NCBI GenBank assembly: GCA_001275005.1
Contig: JWZX01003341.1
Location: forward strand, 1-49,715
Direction: 5' to 3'
From: Chrysochromulina tobinii
Lineage: Eukaryota
DNA length: 49,715 nucleotides
Below are positions 20,401 to 31,197 of this stretch, piece after piece. The stretch's first letter is position 1. The number at the start of each line of letters is the position of its first letter. The notes beneath the pieces are model-generated. The model was given only the letters and a program-made list of their open reading frames with translations. It made no database searches and was not told where the DNA came from. The translations under genes and the position numbers were made by a program.

Positions 20401-23400
20401 TGCCAAACTCCATGATGAGTACGCGAACTTTGGCGAACGCGCCGTCCGCCTCGCTCTCAAGACCTTCGAGCGTCTCCTCGGCAACAGTGAGGGCGATGGC
20501 CACCGCTCTACCGTCTGGGGTTCGGATGTGACCACATTCACCGATGCGACCAAGGTGCTCTCACAGCTCAGTCCACTCCTCCAAAGCGACATCGCACGCG
20601 ACAGGAATCAAGCCATTAGCTTTGCCGAAGGCTTGTCCGCGTCCTTGCGCACGTGGAGTCGCGACGGCGATCGCTTCAACGCGATCTCTGACTGGCAGGA
20701 TCCACTAAAGGTGCTCGCGCCCTCCGCCTCACCGTCGGCTGCCGATCTGGAGGAGGTACTGAGAGTGTACCACCTCCTCAGTGACTCCGGTGCAGCTACC
20801 TTTGGTCCTTTCGAGTACCTGACCAGCTTGGACGCGCAGATTCGCTCACAACTCAGCTCAGCAAGCGTGGCGCTCAAGAAGATCTTCGATGCTGAGTCAC
20901 CGGCCGATGCTGAGAAGCAGAGTGCCGCGCTCCAAGGGCTGCACACGCTGCGAGCCAAGGGCCTGCAGAAGATAACGGAGCTGCTACCGGACGTCGATCA
21001 GCTTCGGGAGGGAGTGGCGCAGGAGTTGCGGGCCAAGACTGACGCTGCGCGTGCCGCCGTCAACGAGTCGGCCGGCGATCCGGATGCTGCGGGAGCTGCC
21101 CTCTCCGAGCTCTCTGTTCTCGCGACCGCGTTCCGAGACTTCGACTTCGGCCAGCAGGCCGCCCAGACGGCGAATGACCTGAAGCAGACGTTGGACCTCC
21201 GTGGTGCCAAGCTCGACGAGACGCTGCAAGAGAGCCTGAGCTCGGGAAGATTCAGATATGTTCACGAATACATCGAGCCACTCCTTGGAGCGAAGGATCC
21301 GCTGAAGCGAGAGAAGCTCAGCCGTGCGCTTGCAGCCGCAAAAGATTTACTGCAGCAGAAGTTTGAAGATGCGAGCGCGAGCGTGCAGGATGCTTTTCGC
21401 ATGGCCAAGGCGATCCGTCTCTTTGACGACGCCACGATTCATCTCAATAAGGTCCTCACCGAAGAGGGCATGGATGTGCTGTCGCTCGCCGCCACGCTTC
21501 GAGATCGGGCCGTTGCGTGCCTGAGGCGCCACGTTGAGGAGCTAGAGGCGGCCATCGAGGCGCAGCGCTTCGCCCAGGTTGTGGAGGGTGCCGAGTCCAC
21601 CAAGGAATATTTGGACGCCGTGGCCCAGCTGCTAGGGGCCGCCGAAACTGCAGAGCAAGTAGCTCAGAGACGCCGAAAGCGTGGCGGCAGCTCAAGCGCC
21701 GCAGGCAGACAGGCTCCAGAGCCGCCTAAGGCGGACCCTAATGAATTCCTCAAGACCCGCGCTCAGGCGGCCGTAGAGAATGCGGAGCGGTGCCTAGTGG
21801 CTGTTGATAAGGCGGCCAAGGAGTTCATCGGCCATATGAAGAGCTCGAACCTGGGAAAGAACCCATACCGAACCGCAATGCTCTGTGAAAGGCTGGGCAA
21901 GCTGAAGATGGCCGCCACAAGAGGCGGCGGTTCGCCAAACACGTCAGAGAGGCTCAAGACGCGTTACGAGGCGATTACTCGTGAGCTTACACGTGAGCTT
22001 GACAGCACGCTTGAGGAGGTGCAGAAACAGGCGGAAACCGAGCGGCTGGTGACATATGGCCTCACGATTTTCGGCTATGTCGCCAGCGAGTTTCGCGCCG
22101 GTCTTGCGGATCATGTGGCACTGCAGGTGGACGTAGACGGTGCTATTTCGGCCTTTAAGGCGATGGAGAGCGAGGCGGCCCAGAATATTCTTGCATTGTC
22201 GATTGAGCTCATCGAGACGAAGATTCGACCCGAGCTTGACACATTGAAGCAGCACTCATCCTCATATTTGATGTTCTGGCGTGCCAAACAGTACGATACC
22301 GCGAAAGCACGCTTCAGCGAGCAGCTCCGCCAGCTCATCGATACTACGAAGGTGATGGCACTACAATCGCGGCAATATCTGGAGGCTGGGCATCAGGCCG
22401 CCACCATTCAGCACGCCGTCCGCGTGTCTCCGCCTGTGCCGCCATCACGTCTACCGCCGCCGCCGTCGGTGTCGGTGCACCTGGAGCAAGGCGTGCAGAG
22501 CCGATGGACTCAGGCAAAGAATGCGATTGTGTCCGAGTTTGCTTCCCTCTGCGAAGCGGCCAAGGGTGCCCTCTCTCAGGGCAATGGCCAGAGCTTCGAG
22601 ATTGCGTTGCGCCAGATGCACGCCTTTGAGGAAGGACTCACCTGCGTCGATGCAAGCAAGATCATGAGCCTGGCCCGGGATGTGCACCACGCGATTGGCA
22701 CGTGGATTGAGGTGCAGGTGGCGACGCTTTTGAAAGAGCTGGAGGACGCAAGCGGACTTGTCTCGGCTGCCGAGTCGGTCCAAAGACTTCGTGGCGTGGG
22801 GCGGGTGCTTTTGAGCACGTGGGCGCTGTATGTTGAGCTGGCACAGTGTTCGCAGCGGCATGACAAGGAGGACGATGCGATCGCTCGCATCGCCAAGCTC
22901 GTCCGCAAGCACTTCGGCGGTGCGGACCTCTCCGAGATCGGCATGTGGTACTCGCTGCTCGAGCTTGACGTGAGCGCGACTAAGCCCGACGTGGCGAAAG
23001 CGTACAAAATGGTGAGCAAAAAGTACCACCCTGATAAGCGTCCCGCACTGCCGGACGTTGAGGGCCGCAGAGCCGAGCCGGGGCACAGAATGCAGCAGCG
23101 CGTCCAGGACGCCAAGGCGAAGCTTGAGGACGACGGCGCGCGCGAGCGCTTCGCTGCCGGCGTGAAGGCGCCCTTTGCCGCCGAGATCAAGAAGGTGCCC
23201 GTGGCGGTGCTCAATCATCTGACCAAGCTCCTAGAAGAGGACGCGTACGAGAGCGTGCGCCAGGTGCTAGTATCTCTGCCGGATCTGTCCAGGCTGCTCG
23301 CTCATGTCGATGGGCTCAGCAAGGATGAGATACACAAGCCGGCGAAGACGGCGTCCACGAAAGTAAAGGAGCACATGCGGCGGATCCGCGCCGACGTCGA

Positions 23401-26400
23401 CCGCCTGTGGGAGCATCGCAAATACAAGGAGCTCAACAGCCGGCTCAACGCGGTGGACGCAGCGGACAAGGCTCTTGCCGCGCACGAGGGCTTCTACGAC
23501 CCATCATGGGGGCGAAAGATACGTAAGGCGGTCGAGCAGGAGATCGAGTCCATCGCCGAACAAGCCCGCAAGTATGTCGAGGGCAAGTCCGAGGAGCAGG
23601 CGGAGCTGAAGCTGAAGGATTTTGCCCACAAGCTCATCGTGCTCGGGCGCATCCTGGACGAGCTACCCCGCTATAAGGACTTTTGCCGCACCAAGATGGC
23701 GGGCCTGCTCGACTCCATCCACGAGCAGGGCAGCTGGAGCTACTGCTACCTCTTCAAGCTGGGCATGTTGCTGGGGCAGGGCAAGGTGGGCGAGCTCGAC
23801 AGCAGCGGCAAGGTTGTTGCCGAGGACGACCGCATCGGCAAGACGATCGTCGCCGAGTTCAAGCACTTCAAGGACGTCACGACGATGGTCTGGAACGAGG
23901 AAGTCACGCAGCGGGAGGTCGGCTCGGTCGTGAAGGATGCCCTCGCCTGGCGTGTTGAAAACGGGATCAAGCGCAATGTCCACCTCGACGAATCCAAGCT
24001 CATCGAGGGCTTCGAGCGTTACCAGAAGGAGTACGACCGCTGCTTCAAGGAGTGGACTGCGGGTCGCCTTCCGCCCGAGGAGCTCGCGCAGAAAACAATC
24101 GCGGCGGCTGCGGGCATCCAGCCGGGCTCGTCGCTTCGGTGGTGCAACAAGGTGGTGGAGGCGGTGCCCACGCTACTCGCGCGCGTCTTCTGCTACTTCA
24201 CCGTCAGCAAGTCCGGCGACAGTTACTCGCGGCTGCTCGATCAGGCCGACAAGTTCGACGAGAAGGAAGGCGGCTCCGCCATGAACATGGACAACGTGCT
24301 CCTAAAGCCCCACTGCACGCAGGTGCTGACGGTGCTGCAGATGCTCGGCTATGGCAGCTCGGTCGGCGCAGCGTTACAGCGCCAGCTCATGCAGATCCGC
24401 ACGGGCGAGGGCAAGAGCATCATCCTTGGCGCGTGCTCGACGGTGCTCGCACTGCTCGGCTTCCGCGTGCGCTGTGTCTGCTACTCCGACTATCTGAGTG
24501 GGCGCGACTTCGACCTCTTCTGCGAGCTCTTCGAGAGCTTCGGTGTGCGGGGTCTTGTGGACTATTCGACGATCAGCGAGTACTCGGAAGTTGTCACGAA
24601 GCGCAAGGGCGACATCCGTCAGCTGACTGCTGCACTCCTCCTCGGCCGAGAGCTGCCCCAGACTTCCTCCTCCACATCTTCCTCCTCTTCCTCCTCTTCC
24701 ACACGTCTGGCCGGGTCGTCGGCGTCCGCCATCATGGCTGGCGCTGCGTCCTCCTCCTCCCCGGCGACTTCAAGCTTGGCAGCCGCCTCCAGCTTGGCAG
24801 CATTCTCCTCGGCGGGCGACCAACTGTCCAAGAGCGGCAGGGGCAAGAAGAGGAGCTCCGCGGCCTTGGCTGACCCATCTGATCCACCGCAGGAGACACA
24901 CGCACGTGGCCTGGCCGCCGCTCCCGAAATTTTGCTGGTCGACGAGGTCGATATCTTCTTCGGTGAAGACTTTTACGGCCAGACGCACAATCAGGTGGTG
25001 CAACTCGACGTGCCCGAGGCGGTCTCCATGCTTCAAACGGTCTGGCGGCTCCGCGTGTCGCACAGAGGCTACGGAAGCCTGTTGCGCGCTGCCAAGGAGT
25101 CGGCCGAGTACCGCGCCTTGCGCGTGCGCTTCTCCGAGTGGGACGACATAATTGAGCGCGAGGTGCAGGCAATGTGTGCCGACGTACAGTGCTTCGATGA
25201 CCCGAAGCCGCACTACGACAAGGGCTCCGATCGGCTCGGGTACAAAATCATGGATGGCATCGACTACGAGAGCGCAGTGTACCGGTATCGCACCGCCTTT
25301 GCGCACCTCAATGCCGCGGACAGTGGTACGTTTCGCAATCCAGGCGAGGCGCTCAAGCGCGCACTCAAGCTGCAGGTGCCGTGCGGCAAGTTCAGCTACG
25401 CCAACATCGAGCCCGACTGCATCCTTGGCGTCTCGGGCACGCTTGACGCTCTCGGGGATTACGAGCTCAAGGTGATGGAGCGGTACGGCATCCAGCTGTA
25501 CGCGAGCATGCCGTCGGTGTACGGCGAGACGCAGCTCAAGTTTGACCACGCGGGCGGCGCGATCAGCATCGAAGGCTCCGATGACGCTTTCCACCGCAAG
25601 ATCACCGACGAGACCAACCACAAGATCCGCGAGGGCCGCGCCGTCATCGTTTTCTTCGAGGCCGGTCGGCTCGATGCGTACAGGTCGTCGGCCTACTTCA
25701 AGAAGGTGCCCCACGCCAACGTTCTCGACGAGAGCCTCGACCCCAAGACGCGCGACTATGTCATCCGGAAGGCCGCGACGCACGGGCAGGCAACATTTGC
25801 ATCTGAAGCCTTTGGGCGAGGCACGGACTTCTTTTGCAAGGACAGCAAGCTTACGAACGCCGGCGGAGTGCACGTGCTGCAGACCTTTTTCGCGCTCAAG
25901 AAGGCAGATGAGGTGCAGATCCAAGGTCGCACCGCGCGCCAGGGCAAGCAGGGCACCTATGGCTTGGTGTTGCTGCACAAGGACCTCTCGGACAATTTCA
26001 AGCTTGGCTCCATGGACGGGGTGGCGCAGCGTGACATATACCGCACGCTCGAGTCGGCACGCAACTCTTTCCACGCGACGGCCTGCAAAGAGACGGAAAA
26101 GGCACTCGCGGAGGCAACGCGCATCGACAGGATCACGCACCAATACTTTGACGCGGTCTCTAAGGCCGGCGTCTCTCACTCTCAGCGCAGTACTGCTGTC
26201 GGCAATCTGCACAACTTGTATGTGGAGCTGCGTCCTAAGGAGGCTGGAAAATCTGTTGATCTTTGCATTGTCATGGACTGTACGGGCTCGATGGGGGCAT
26301 GGATCAGTCAGGCACACTCTAAGCTCGTACGATGCGCGCAAGAAGAGATGAATCTCGAGGTCAGGGTGGCTTTTGTTGCCTATCGCGACCATTGCTGCGG

Positions 26401-26905
26401 CCGGGACCGCCTCGAGACTCTGAACTTCATCGACGCATCCGATATCACACGACTGCAGAATTTCATATCGTCTCGATGCTCGGCCAAGGGAGGGGGTGAC
26501 CACCCGGAGGACGTTGCTGGAGGGCTGAATGCTGCTCTCATGTTGTCATGGAGTGATGCGCCGAACAAACTCGTTTGCCACTTTGCAGATGCGCCCGCGC
26601 ACGGCAGAAAGTACTGCGATGACGGCGATTCGTATCCTGACGGCTGCCCGCTTGGTCTTGATCCGCAGCAACTCGTGGAACAGCTTGCATCGCAGGTTAG
26701 CGCAAACTACTATTTCATCAACTGCGAATGCGGCTCGACTACGGCAAAGATGGTTCGCATCTTCCGCGAGGTGTACAAACTATTTCCTGGCCGGGACTTC
26801 AATGAGTACAAACTCGGCACTGATTCGGCACAGTTTCTCAGCACGATGGTCGAGACTGTTGCGCGTACCGTCGAGCTCGCGCATTCTGGCCGATCGAAGC
26901 GCTGA
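17487..26905 (+). CDS. Giant multidomain protein (~3,089 aa): TRAFAC/AIG1-like GTPase - helical region - J-domain - SecA-like SF2 ATPase - vWA; exons 17487-18331 and 18481-26905
   Basis: The 149-nt GT-AG intron joins the two ORFs and completes G3 (YLDAPG|YEDT). GTPase: G1 GNTGVGKS (18045), G2 SET, G4 FTKAD. J-domain: WYSLLEL...AYKMVSKKYHPDK (22946-23040). SecA-type motifs: QIRTGEGKS (24392), DYLSGRD, LLVDEVD (24941), GVSGT, FGRGTDF, GGVHV, QIQGRTARQG (25916). vWA MIDAS: DLCIVMDCTGSM (26258), GGGDHPEDV, FADAPAHG. Confidence 0.88.
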
Positions 26906-26926
26906 CTGTTCATCAGTTCGGCAAGC

Positions 26927-26958
26927 ACATCGAGCACGACTGCATCCTTGGCGTCTCG
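26927..26958 (+). repeat. 32-bp copy (31/32 identical) of coding segment 25404-25435, just 3' of the giant gene stop codon
   Basis: acatcgagcacgactgcatccttggcgtctcg versus acatcgagcccgactgcatccttggcgtctcg; both have cggcaag shortly upstream. Confidence 0.85.
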
Positions 26959-26978
26959 TGGAAAGTAGACAGGGTACA

Positions 26979-27586
26979 TGTTCTAATTGAATGTCTCAGG
27001 GGGGGGGTGTGTTGTACGCGCCTTGGGTCCACTCCGCGGGCGGTTGACCTAGGAAACCGTCCTCCCCGGACCCACTCACTAGGAACCGTGATCCCTGCGC
27101 TTTTCGTTTAGGGCCGGGCGGGAGGTTCCCCGGTGCCGTGCCGCGCGGCGGGGGCGGCTCGTCGCCTACCCGCCCGCGCACACGTTTACCCAAGTCCCAA
27201 CCCCACCCAAGGGGCGGTACGAGGGAGCGGGATTTATTCATGGATTTCGATTTCTGGATTTGCACACAATCCTCATAGCCTCAACCCTGATCGTCAAACT
27301 GAGTGCGACTGCACCTCACGAGTCATGTGAGGGAGGCGGTTACGTTAGACTTTCCGGTCGGGTGGAGGGTGAGGTTTTCGGTTTTGCTTCGAACCCCTGC
27401 CTATCACAGGGGCGTGAGGTCACTTCACACTTGCGTCTGGGGTGGGGGTGCTGGCCTTCTGGGTAGGCTTCCGGTCGTCCTCGCCGCGCCGTGTGGCGCA
27501 GCGGTGGCGAGGGCCCATCTAGGGTCCTGGGAGGTATGTGGGAGGCCCATCGGGTAAGCCTCCGGCCGTGTTCAAATTGAATGTCT
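26979..27586. mobile_element. Putative non-autonomous inserted element (~570 bp) flanked by 18-bp direct repeats
   Basis: tgttctaattgaatgtct (26979-26996) and tgttcaaattgaatgtct (27569-27586) are 17/18 identical. A G9 run lies at the left end, there are several internal hairpins, and no credible ORF. Confidence 0.55.
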
Positions 27587-27760
27587 GTCTGAACGGTCGT
27601 TCTGACCCCGCGTTTTGTTCCCCACTGGGCTCAGGGGATTCGGCCCGGGGCGCAGGCGGAATCTCGCCTTCAAGTCAAGTCCAGTTTTGGCGCGACTTGG
27701 CGCCTTCACATGAATGAGGAGAAGAGTGACGGGTCACAACTCCAGAATCGCTGAAAAAAA

Positions 27761-29242
27761 ATGTTCGTGCAGATCCGCGTACCACCAGGCGTTTTCGCTG
27801 GCCAAGAGTTCGAGTTCCTGTCACCATCCGGCGAAGTAAGCCGCGTGCGCGTACCGGTGGGCGTTCGCCCTGGCGACGAGTTTGTGGCTCAATTGGCTCC
27901 TGCGCCACCACCTGTGCCCATGGGTGCGCCGGTGCACCTGGGAGCACCGGCACAAACGGGTGGCATGGGCGGCGGGCCCACGCCGCTTCCGGCAACGCGT
28001 GCACGTCCGCTGCCAGCTGCGGCGAGATACGCCGAATGCCCAATCTGCTTCGAGCCGCTGCACGCCGGCCCCGTTGGCGTATTCCTCGACGGCTCGGGCA
28101 AGCGAGTCTCCCAGCACTTTTTCCGCCTGGACGCGGCACGGGAGTGGCTCGCCTCGGGCAACGGCATGTGCCCCATCACGCGCGCGCCGATCCGCTCGGT
28201 GAGGCCGGTACCCAACGTGCAGACCGATCCGGACGGCTGGTTCGCCGTGTGCGACGTGGACGGCAACGGTAAGCTCTCTCGCAAAGAGGCGATCGAGTGC
28301 ATCAAGGCGCAGTACGCGTGCGACGTTGCGCAGCTCGACGCGGCCCTCACTGATGAAGCTCATCGGATGTGGAGGCAGTGGGATGTTGACGGCAGCGGTT
28401 TCATTGAGCGTCACGAGCTACTGGCATCGCCCAACGGTCTGGCCCTCTCGGTTCCACGGCTCTTCCCGCCGACCGTGCGCGGCACTATGCCCAACATGCG
28501 CACCGACAAGAGCGCGTGGTGCGTCGATGCCGCCTCGGATGGCCTCTGATGGCCTCGGATGGCCTCTGATGACCACGGATGGCCTCGGATGGCCTCTGCG
28601 ATGGCCTCGCACAGCCCCTCGCGTAGCCCCTCGGATGGCCTCTATGACCACGAATTGCATCTCACGGCCACTCATGACTTCTAATGACCTCTAATGACCT
28701 CTAATGACCTCTAATGACCTCTAATGACCTCTAATGACCTCTGATTGCCATCAGGTACGACTTCTTCGACGAGGACCATTCGGGCTCCCTCGAGCGCGAA
28801 GAAGTCGTTCGCGCGCTCATCAAGACGCTTGGCCTCTCCACGAACCAAGCCAAGGTGGCCCTGTCGCCATGAGTGCCGCTGATTGCCACCCTAATCAAGC
28901 CAAGATGGCCCTGTCGCCTTGAGTGCCGCTGATTGCCACCCTAATCAAGCCAAGGTGGCCCTGCCGCCTTGATTACCTCTGATTGCCTCTGATGACCTCT
29001 GATTAACTCCCTCATCAGGTGGCCGAGCTCAAGATGACCTCTGATTGCCTCTAGATTACCTCTGATTGCATCTGGTGAACTCTGATTGCCTCCCTCATCA
29101 GGTGGCCGAGATGCGCGGCACCGTGCAAGCAATCTGGCCCATCTTTGACACCGACGGCAGTGGCTCGATCGAGCGCGGCGAGTTCCTGAGACCAAACGAA
29201 GGCCTGGCAGACACAATCCTGGCGACTCTCGGGCGGGCGTAG
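27761..29242 (+). CDS. RING/U-box-like plus four EF-hand protein; exons 27761-28518, 28755-28854, 29102-29242
   Basis: CPICFEPL...HFF...W...CPITR is a degenerate RING. EF loops: DVDGNGKLSRKE, DVDGSGFIERHE, and after splicing DEDHSGSLEREE and DTDGSGSIERGE. Both introns are GT-AG and restore frame to a TAG at 29240-29242. Confidence 0.85.
28519..28754 (+). repeat. Intron filled with 10-bp tandem repeats (cctcggatgg/cctctgatgg, then tgacctctaa)
   Basis: Directly visible; occupies most of intron 1 of the EF-hand gene. Confidence 0.9.
28846..29110 (+). repeat. Intron with 50-bp tandem repeats (28846, 28896, 28946) spanning the donor, a duplicated acceptor region (29007-29027, 29090-29110) and gattgcctct-type 10-mers
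   Basis: Directly visible tandem copies. Confidence 0.9.
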
Positions 29243-29718
29243 TTTTGGGGCTCGTTCGGGGGTCCAGTTCGCTTTGCACCGTGATTGTGCTGTGCCGGGC
29301 CGGTCAACTCTGAGGACGACGGCCCCCACGCCCCACCATCCGAGCATGGGGAAGGCCGAGGCGGCGCCGAGGCGGGTGCCCAAGCCGCAAGCGGCCCCGG
29401 GATGCCGAGGAGCAGAGGGACCGGGGCGCAAGCGCAGCGGCCCGCCTTCTATATATTCGCGCGGGCAGGATATGTGACAGGGTACACGACCCCACACCGT
29501 TTCAACCCGCCCCCACATCTCCTGAAGCGAACCCATCTCCCCTTGTGTGTGTCCGTGTGTTGAGGAGAGAGTGCTTGACTGCGCCCTCCTCATTGTGTCT
29601 ACACGGGACCAGTGGTTGTGCGTCTTACCGAGATGGCGAATAAACGTGAACGTGAAGACGTGATCGTGTGAAAGTGTGCTTCGTCAAAGTTCGTCCTTGC
29701 AGTTCGTCCTGATCTCTG

Positions 29719-30160
29719 ATGAAGATTTTTGTTTGCGCTGTGCTCAGCGGGCTCTGCGCGTGCGACGCGCTGCGTATCGATGCAGGCAAGGGCGTGAGCC
29801 GACGTGCGGCCATCGGTGGAGCGATTTTACCTGCACTGTTCGTTTCGCCGGCATTCGCCAAGTACCGCCCAAGTCTTGCTGAAATGAAGGGATTCGGCTC
29901 CAGTCCAGTTGTTGACGAGATGAAGGAGGCTCAGCCCGTGAAGACTGAGCTCACACACGCACAGCTCGTAGCAAACAGCTGTGAGATGCAGGTCCGTGCT
30001 TGTGTGCCAGAATCTGCGGGCTTAGCTTGAAACCTCGCTCACATGAGCTCCTGCACCCGTGCTCGCGCAGAAAAAGCTGCTCGGACGTGACCTCACCGAA
30101 TCAGAAGTGGCCGAAATCGACGCCAAGATCCGCAAGTACTATCCCGACGCGCAGAAGTGA
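29719..30160 (+). CDS. Small putative thylakoid-lumen protein (signal peptide + twin-arginine signal); exons 29719-29991, 30071-30160
   Basis: MKIFVCAVLSGLCACDA signal peptide, then SRRAAIGGAILPALFVSPAFA (RR, hydrophobic stretch, AxA). The intron splices in frame to KKLLGRDLTESEVAEIDAKIRKYYPDAQK*. Confidence 0.75.
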
Positions 30161-30948
30161 GCTGACAATGCAATAGCTCCGCAATTCAAACCTTCGCGGA
30201 GGTGAGCCCAGATTGTATGGTCGCTCGTGTGCTGCGGCGTTGTCGTATGTGAGTACATGCAACGCCTCGTCAAGTATGTAGCGCGTGTAGAGAACAGGAA
30301 AGGATCAAAGCTATTAATACACCGCGACCACACTAGACGAGATCTGAGCTTAACGGAGCTCGGAGGCGCCGGCCGAAGGCGCGGGCGCGCCCCTTGCGCG
30401 CCCACGGCAGGCCGCCCCGCCTTCTGAGCGCGTCCCGGCCGCGACCGCCCAGCCGTGGACGGCGCAGCCGGGAGCTGGGCGCGACCCGACCCGCGCGCGG
30501 ACGGCCCCGTTCACCCGAGCTGCCGCCGCCGCGCCGTGTCGGGCGCCGCTACATTCGTCCCACGCACACCGACGAAAACCGACGAGTCCACTCCGGGGCC
30601 ACCGCGGGAAAAACGCTAAATGGAGGAAGGACTCTCACGTTCGTCACTTCTTGAATCCTGATGATTACTGTGGCAGTGTCCGAGCCGACGGTGTCTATAC
30701 ACACTACAGACGTAGACATGATCCTCTCTTACACGGAACCAACTCTCGCGCACTGCGCGTGGACCGTCTCGACCGCACGATCAATAGTTACACATGCCCT
30801 GCTCGGGGGGGTCTCGAGGCACCCGCGTGTACAAGAGACTCACGCGCCAATAGCTAGGCACTTCATGTGAGCAAGATTGATGTAAGCTCCATACGTTGAC
30901 GTCAAAAAGTGTTTTGCGCCACGAGCGTGCGACGCCACCGTCCTCGTC

Positions 30949-31197
30949 TCATTGCTGCTGCCGCTTCGCCATCATGCGGTTCACGATGAAGACGCTGCTG
31001 TCAAGGTATCGGCCAGCACAATTGGCAATGCAATTCGCCTCCGACGAGTCGAGCTTATTGCCCGGCTTTGTGACGCACTTATCGAAGCACGTCTCCGTTA
31101 GCTTGCTGATCGCTTGCTGGATGATGGCCTTCTGGTTCTCTGTTTCCATGAACGTCTGCAGCTCCCTAGCTTGCGCATCCGAAGGCTCTGCGTCCAT
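30949..31197 (-). CDS. TIM8: Mitochondrial intermembrane-space small TIM chaperone, Tim8
   Basis: 82 aa. ELQTFMETENQKAIIQQAISKLTETCFDKC...LDSSEANCIANCAGRYLD carries a twin CX3C motif with a Tim8-type N-terminus. Confidence 0.9.
   Translation of the reverse strand: MDAEPSDAQARELQTFMETENQKAIIQQAISKLTETCFDKCVTKPGNKLDSSEANCIANCAGRYLDSSVFIVNRMMAKRQQQ

Noticed and set aside
22417..22485. Possible small in-frame intron in the giant gene (VRVSPPVPPSRLPPPPSVSV)
   Set aside because: The Pro-rich insert is suspicious, but there is no convincing cag acceptor like the other introns and the frame is open; left as coding pending RNA-seq.
24380..25960. Annotation as canonical plastid/bacterial SecA or as bacterial contamination
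   Set aside because: The motifs are embedded in a 3,000-aa intron-containing gene with no presequence, and the flanking genes are eukaryotic.
28533..29100. Regular repeats that could be mistaken for a CRISPR array
   Set aside because: Head-to-tail 10- and 50-bp units without unique spacers, inside spliceosomal introns of a eukaryotic gene, with no cas genes.
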